Shown here in pieces: positions 58,770-64,000 of a stretch of 64,000 nt of DNA (its first letter is position 1; each line of letters opens with the position of its first letter). The notes beneath the pieces were generated by a model. The model made no database searches. It was given only the letters and a program-made list of their open reading frames with translations, and was not told the DNA's origin. Source of the stretch: Phyllobates terribilis (lineage: Eukaryota). A program made the position numbers and the translations under genes. The stretch spans positions 147,498,001-147,562,000 of the forward strand of contig NW_027362762.1 of NCBI RefSeq assembly GCF_046119375.1, given 5' to 3'.

Positions 58770-61700
58770 CAGTGGATTGCAAAAGTATTAACCTCCTTAG
58801 TGAAGCAAACAACCAATAAGACAAAATAACGGAAAACTTCACTGTGCATAACTATTCACCCTCCTAAAGTCAATACTTTGTAGCGCATCCTTTTGCAGAA
58901 ATTACAGCTGCAAGTCGCTTTGGATAAGTCTCTATGAACTTTCCACATCTTGCCACTGAAATTTTTTCCATTCCTCAAGGCAAAACTGCTCCAGCTCCTT
59001 CAAGTTAGATGATTTCCTCTGGTGAACAACAATCTTTAAATCTAACCACAAATTCTCAATTGGATTAAGGTCTCGGTTTTGACTAGGCCACTCTAAAACA
59101 TACCTGTGTCCCCTTAAAGCACTGAAGTGTTGCAAATAGCAGTATGCTTTGGTTTATTGTCTTGTTGGAAGGTGAACCTCCATCCCAGTCTCAAATCACT
59201 GACATACTGAAACAGTTTTTGCTCAAGAATATCCCTGTATTTCGAACCAGTCATCTTCACCACAACTTGGACCATTTTCCCTGTCCCTGCTGCTGAAAAA
59301 CATCCCCACAGCATGATGCTGCCACCACCATGTTACACTGTTGGGATGGTGTTTTTGGGGTGATGAGCTTTGTTGGTTTGGTGCCAGACATGGCGTTTAC
59401 CTTGGTGGCCAAAAAGTTCAATCTTGTCTCATCTGACCACAGCACCTTCCTCCATACATTTGGGGAGTCTCCCATATGTCTTTTGGCAAACTCAAAAGAA
59501 GTCTTACATTTTTTTTCTGTAAGTAAAGGCTTTTTTTCTGCCCACTCTTCCATAAAGTCCACCTCTGTGGAGTGTACGGCTTAGGCCAGTTGAGGAACAA
59601 TCAGAGAAAAGGTATAATAGAAACAAGTGCACCAATTCTGCATTTATCCCCCACTACTGGTTTTGGCTCCCACTCCTGAGAAAAAATACTGACCAAATAC
59701 TGATAGTGGGGTCGTGGCCTTATTGTGGTCGTATAGACTGATACTCCAGTCTCTGCTTGGGAACTCTGCAGCTCCTTCAGGGTTACTTTGGTCTCTGTGC
59801 TGCCTCTCTGATTAATGGCCTCCTTGGCCAAGCTGAGAGTTTAGATGGGCGTCCCTCTCTTGGCAGGTTTGTTGTGGTACCATATTCTTTCCATTTGATA
59901 ATGGATTTGATTGTGCTCTGGATGATCATCAGAGATTGGGATATTTTTTATAACCCAACCCTGACTTGTACTTCTCAACAACTTTGCCCCTGACTTGTTT
60001 GGAGATCTCCTTGGTCTTCATGGTGTTGTTTGGTTAGTGGTACCTCTTGCTTTAGGCTATGTGCCCACAATAAATATATAGGAGAACAACGAGTAAATTG
60101 GCATAAAAAATATATAAATCTTTATTCCATCAAATTTAAAAGTGTACATAGTAGAGAGAAAAATGACATAATACGGATAATGTAGAGACACTAATTAAAT
60201 TATCACGACCGCTTCCTCAAGGGGAAGTGATGTGTAAAGGGAGAAAAGACCTGTATATACCCCAAGATCATCTGATAGCAATGGGCGGGTGCCTATTTAC
60301 GGCGCGCGCGCTGTCGTAATCCGCCCACAGAGGCACGACCAAGCCGTCAGGAACAAGTCTCTCAGAAATTTTTTTGATTTTACTGTTTGAGTTTCTTTTG
60401 CCCATTTTTGGGATAAAACTTCTATCTCTTCATTTAGTTTTTTTATGGAATCCATAGACATCTCATTTTTTAAAGAGGTCTGTAATTTCTCAATTTGAGT
60501 TTCGATACCAGATAGAGATACCTGATTCATCTCAATAATCAATTTCATGTATCCAGTCGAGCAAGTTTTAGAATACTGTTCCCATTTGCCCTTTATAATC
60601 TCATCATCTATATTGAAAGAGGGAAAAATTTGTACCCTCAATCCACGAGGTATGAGTCCCTTCTCAATATATTTTTTCAAAAATGCGATATTCCACCACA
60701 ATTTTGTTCTTTTCCTAATTAGTTCCTTAATTTCATTAATCTGTATTATTGTGTGTCCTCCCCCCATATATGCACCATTAGAGCTATCCTCACTACAAAT
60801 ACTGTCCAATTGTGAGAGCCAGGTCCCATCCTGAGCTCTAAAATCCATCTCGGGTCTGAAAAAGACTGTGAGAAACACAGAAATAAGTAATACAACTAAA
60901 TAGACCCTATAGGGGTAAAGTTGGCATATCCGGGGAAAGGTATATCCCAGATTTGCCAATCTAAGCCAACTCATGAAATACATAAATATATAGGAGAACA
61001 ACGAGTAAATTGGCATAAAAAATATATAAACCTTTATTCCATCAAATTTAAAAGTGTACATAGTAGAGAGAAAAATGACATAATACGGATAATGTAGAGA
61101 CACTAATTAAATTATCAGTGTGGCAAGATATGTTACAAAGTATACATATATAGTGCCCACAATGCAGAATTGAAGCGGAAAATTTCCGCAGCGTTTCTGC
61201 ATGTCCTTGCCAGTAAAAACGCATGTGGATTTTACACGCGTTTTTGCAGCGTTTTTACATGTGGATTTGACATACGATTTTCAAATGCATTGTGAAGTCA
61301 AATCTGCATGCGGAAACGCACAAATAATGGACATGCTGCTGATTTTTCCGCAATGATAATCCGCAGTGGAAATTTCCGCAACATGTGCATAGCACATGCG
61401 GTTTATAATTGGGGACCATGGGGCACAGATTATCAGGTGATTTTTAAGCATTTCCGCTGCGGAAATTCCGCATCAAAAACGCTTGAATAACGCATAGTGG
61501 GCACGCAGCCTAATGGTGTTGCAGGCTCTGCTCTGTGGCCTTTCAGAAAAGGTAAAGTGTATATACTGACAGACCATGAGACACTTAGACTGCACACAGG
61601 TGGACTTCCTTTTACTAAGCATGTGACTTGTGAAGATAATTGCTTGCACCAGGAATTTTTATAGGCTTTATAGGAAAAGGTGAATACTTGTGCACATAAC

Positions 61701-61854
61701 AATTTTTAGTTCTTATCCCATAAATTAAATTTTTGCCTATATTCTTCTCAATTAACTTCACCAATTTAGACTATTTAGTGCTGATGCATCACACTCAAAT
61801 TTAATTACAAAAATATTTAACACAGGTTGTAAGGAATACTTTCACAAACCATTG
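58770..61854 (-). mobile_element. Duplicate of the decayed Tc1 (7228-9222) with an extra Penelope-like insertion
   Basis: Collinear with 7228-9222. Confidence 0.9.
60072..61152 (-). mobile_element. Penelope-like insertion: N-terminal ORF fragment between 134-bp direct repeats
   Basis: 11-bp TSD GTGCCCACAAT (60061-60071, 61153-61163); repeats 60072-60205 and 60984-61117; LKKYIEKGLIPRGLRVQIFPSF...W...CS.GYMKLIIE resembles the PLE ORF N-terminus (family call from recall). Confidence 0.7.
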
Positions 61855-62013
61855 TAGATATTGTCAGCTCCTTCCAGGAATGTCACTTCCCGGTAACAAG
61901 GATGGCCCATGATGCACACTGTCCAGACCATTGCGGTCTTCTGGATTATTTCATCTAGTTTTAGAATAAATATTGTATTTTGACCTGAACCAATAAATGG
62001 AAAATCTGTTTTA

Positions 62014-62397
62014 GGCTGAGTTCACACGATGCGTTTTTCGTGCGTTTCCGCGGCGTTTTTGCAGTTGCGTAAACGCCGCGGAAAAGCATGAAAAACGCAT
62101 GGTAGAAGGGCAGCAATGTTCCCCAATTGAAATCCGCATGTACTGTGCCCATGATGCGGATTTTTCCGCAGCATAAACGCTGCGGTCAAAAATCCGCAGC
62201 ATGTCAATTAATTTTGCGGAAACGCTGCTCTTTTGCCGCCATTGACTTGCATTAGACCGCATGGAATCCGCATCACTGTATATGTTGATGCGCTTTTCAT
62301 GCGGTCTAATGTGCGGATGGTACCCGGGTGTGGATGAGAGGACTCTCATCCAGACCCAGGTACCATTAAAAAAAAAAGAATAAAATAAAAAATAGCG
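62014..62397. mobile_element. PIF/Harbinger-like MITE, right part lost at a rearrangement junction
   Basis: TTA+GGCTGAGTTCACAC left end; abrupt switch to Gypsy integrase-tail sequence at 62398. Confidence 0.6.
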
Positions 62398-64000
62398 GAG
62401 CGGTAATAATACCTGTGCTACACTTCTACCAACAGCCAGAAGACTCTCCACTGCAAGTAAGACCTGTAAGTGCATCGGAAGAGCCTGCTCAGGAAGAATC
62501 CCCGGAAGAAGGATCACCGGTAGAAGCAGAGCCAGTAGGCCCAGTAACCAGTGTACTTGCCTGTCCCGTAGAGAGGTTAAGGCAGTCTTGCAGTCCACCA
62601 ACACATAGAGCGGAAAATAGCGCAAGCATCCCCACTACTTGCATTCCAGTACTACGTATGTCATCGCGTAGCACAAAAGGCCAGACCCCTGTCAGGTATA
62701 AGGAGTAAGTTAAAAATACCTGCAGTATAAATAGTTACCCAGTAGGGTATTGCATAATGTTTATTGTATAAACTGAAAAATATGTGTTTATTTAGTTACC
62801 CGTAAGGGTATATACAGTTATATGAAAAAGTTTGGGCACCCCTATTAATCTTAAGCTTAATGTTTTATAAAAATTGGTGTTTTTGCAACAGCTATTTCAG
62901 TTTGATATATGTAATAACTGTTGGACACAGTAATGTTTCTGCCTTGAAATGAGGTTTATTGTACTAACAGAAAATGTGCAATCTGCATACAAACAAAATT
63001 TGGCAGGTGCATAAGTATGGGCACCTCACCAGAAAAGTGACATTAATATTTAGTAGATCCTCCTTTTGCAAAAATAACAGCCTCTAGTCGCTTCCTGTAG
63101 CTTTTAATGAGTTCCTGGATCCTGGATGAAGGTATTTTTTTTTTTCAAATTCAAGGTTTTTTTATTTTTTGTGTTGAAAAAGTACAAGATAATACAATAT
63201 ACATAGTAAAAGGGGTAGCGTAACTATAAATCTATGCATAACTACAGTACATTGGGGGGATACAGGGAGGGTTTTCCATCAATATCCAGATCAAGCATGT
63301 ATTTTTCCATATGAAAGATAGAGAGAGGGAGCGGACCACGGCAGACCACCAATCAATAGAGTGTGATTATGATCATTGTTGTGACGACATCCCGGATAAC
63401 TTTAGTTGGGGGCTAGATGGTAGGCGTCAGAGTTTTGGAAATCCATCCAATCCCTCCAAATCACACAGTATCTATCAACATCAGCCGGTGAGATGGCAAT
63501 CAGATGCTCCATCCTATTAAGGAGAGAAATCTCCGCAAACCATTCCTCCACAGTGGGTGGGTCTCTGCTTTTCCAGTGTCGTGGAATGACATTCTTAGCC
63601 GCCTGTATTAGGTAGCCTATTGATGACCTTTTATAACTACATTTACTTATTGGTAACATTGATAAAAGGAGGGCTTCTGGCGTATTAGGGATAGTCAAAC
63701 CAGTTATTTTCTCAATCATGGGAACCACCTTTGCCCAAAATGCATTTATTATAGGGCACCCCCACCATATGTGTGACATTGTCCCTTCCCCCTCCCCACA
63801 TCTCCAACATCTGTTTGAGACCACTGGGTACCATCTATGAAGGACTGCTGGTACCTGGTACCATCTAGAGATAATTTTGAAGGAGATTTCCTGAGCTTTG
63901 GACCCTATTGAGGTTTTATGTGTTAGGAAGAAGGATGAAGGTATTTTTGACCATTCCTCTTTAAAAAACAATTCCAGTTCAGTTAAGTTTGATGGTCGCC
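62398..64000 (+). repeat. Second copy of the Gypsy IN tail / 3' UTR + Tc1 (from 62815) + L1 (63140-63932), lacking the nested Gypsy
   Basis: Collinear with 41472-41735 + 48315-49650; single GTATG at 62656-62660 where the other copy has the GTAGG TSD pair. Confidence 0.95.

Larger units (their letters stand above)
51419..62013 (+). repeat. Segmental duplication copy 3
   Basis: Collinear with 36815-37106 plus 1-9381, with private indels and insertions. Confidence 0.95.

Overview
Eukaryotic, almost entirely transposon-derived DNA, most likely from a frog (inferred from the element mix: V-SINE-like SINEs, CR1 with (ATTCTATG)n tail, TTAA-type MITEs, Penelope-like elements, Tc1, sushi-type Gypsy). 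No host gene was recognisable; one orphan 244-codon ORF occurs in two copies. The window is a mosaic of segmental duplications starting at about 1, 36815 and 51419, overlaid with deeply nested insertions whose order can be read from target-site duplications (TSDs). Highlights read directly from the sequence: (i) two chromodomain Ty3/Gypsy elements (15856-21299 +, apparently identical LTRs and intact ORF; 41736-48309 -), both with a Tf1-type self-priming signature (the LTR sequence about 30 nt after the TATA box is complementary to the PBS) and a slippery-site/pseudoknot -1 frameshift signal; (ii) in the younger element gag and pol are already in frame although the signal is retained; (iii) a minimal type-I hammerhead ribozyme motif at 28657-28698 (-); (iv) a 16.6-kb hAT-bounded nest that splits a SINE; (v) one insertion present both as a near full-length Gypsy element and as solo LTRs, and an empty versus filled site for the nested Gypsy. 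These are good examples of known mechanism types; I see no evidence for a wholly new system. All alignments and folds were done by eye, so boundaries without a TSD are approximate.
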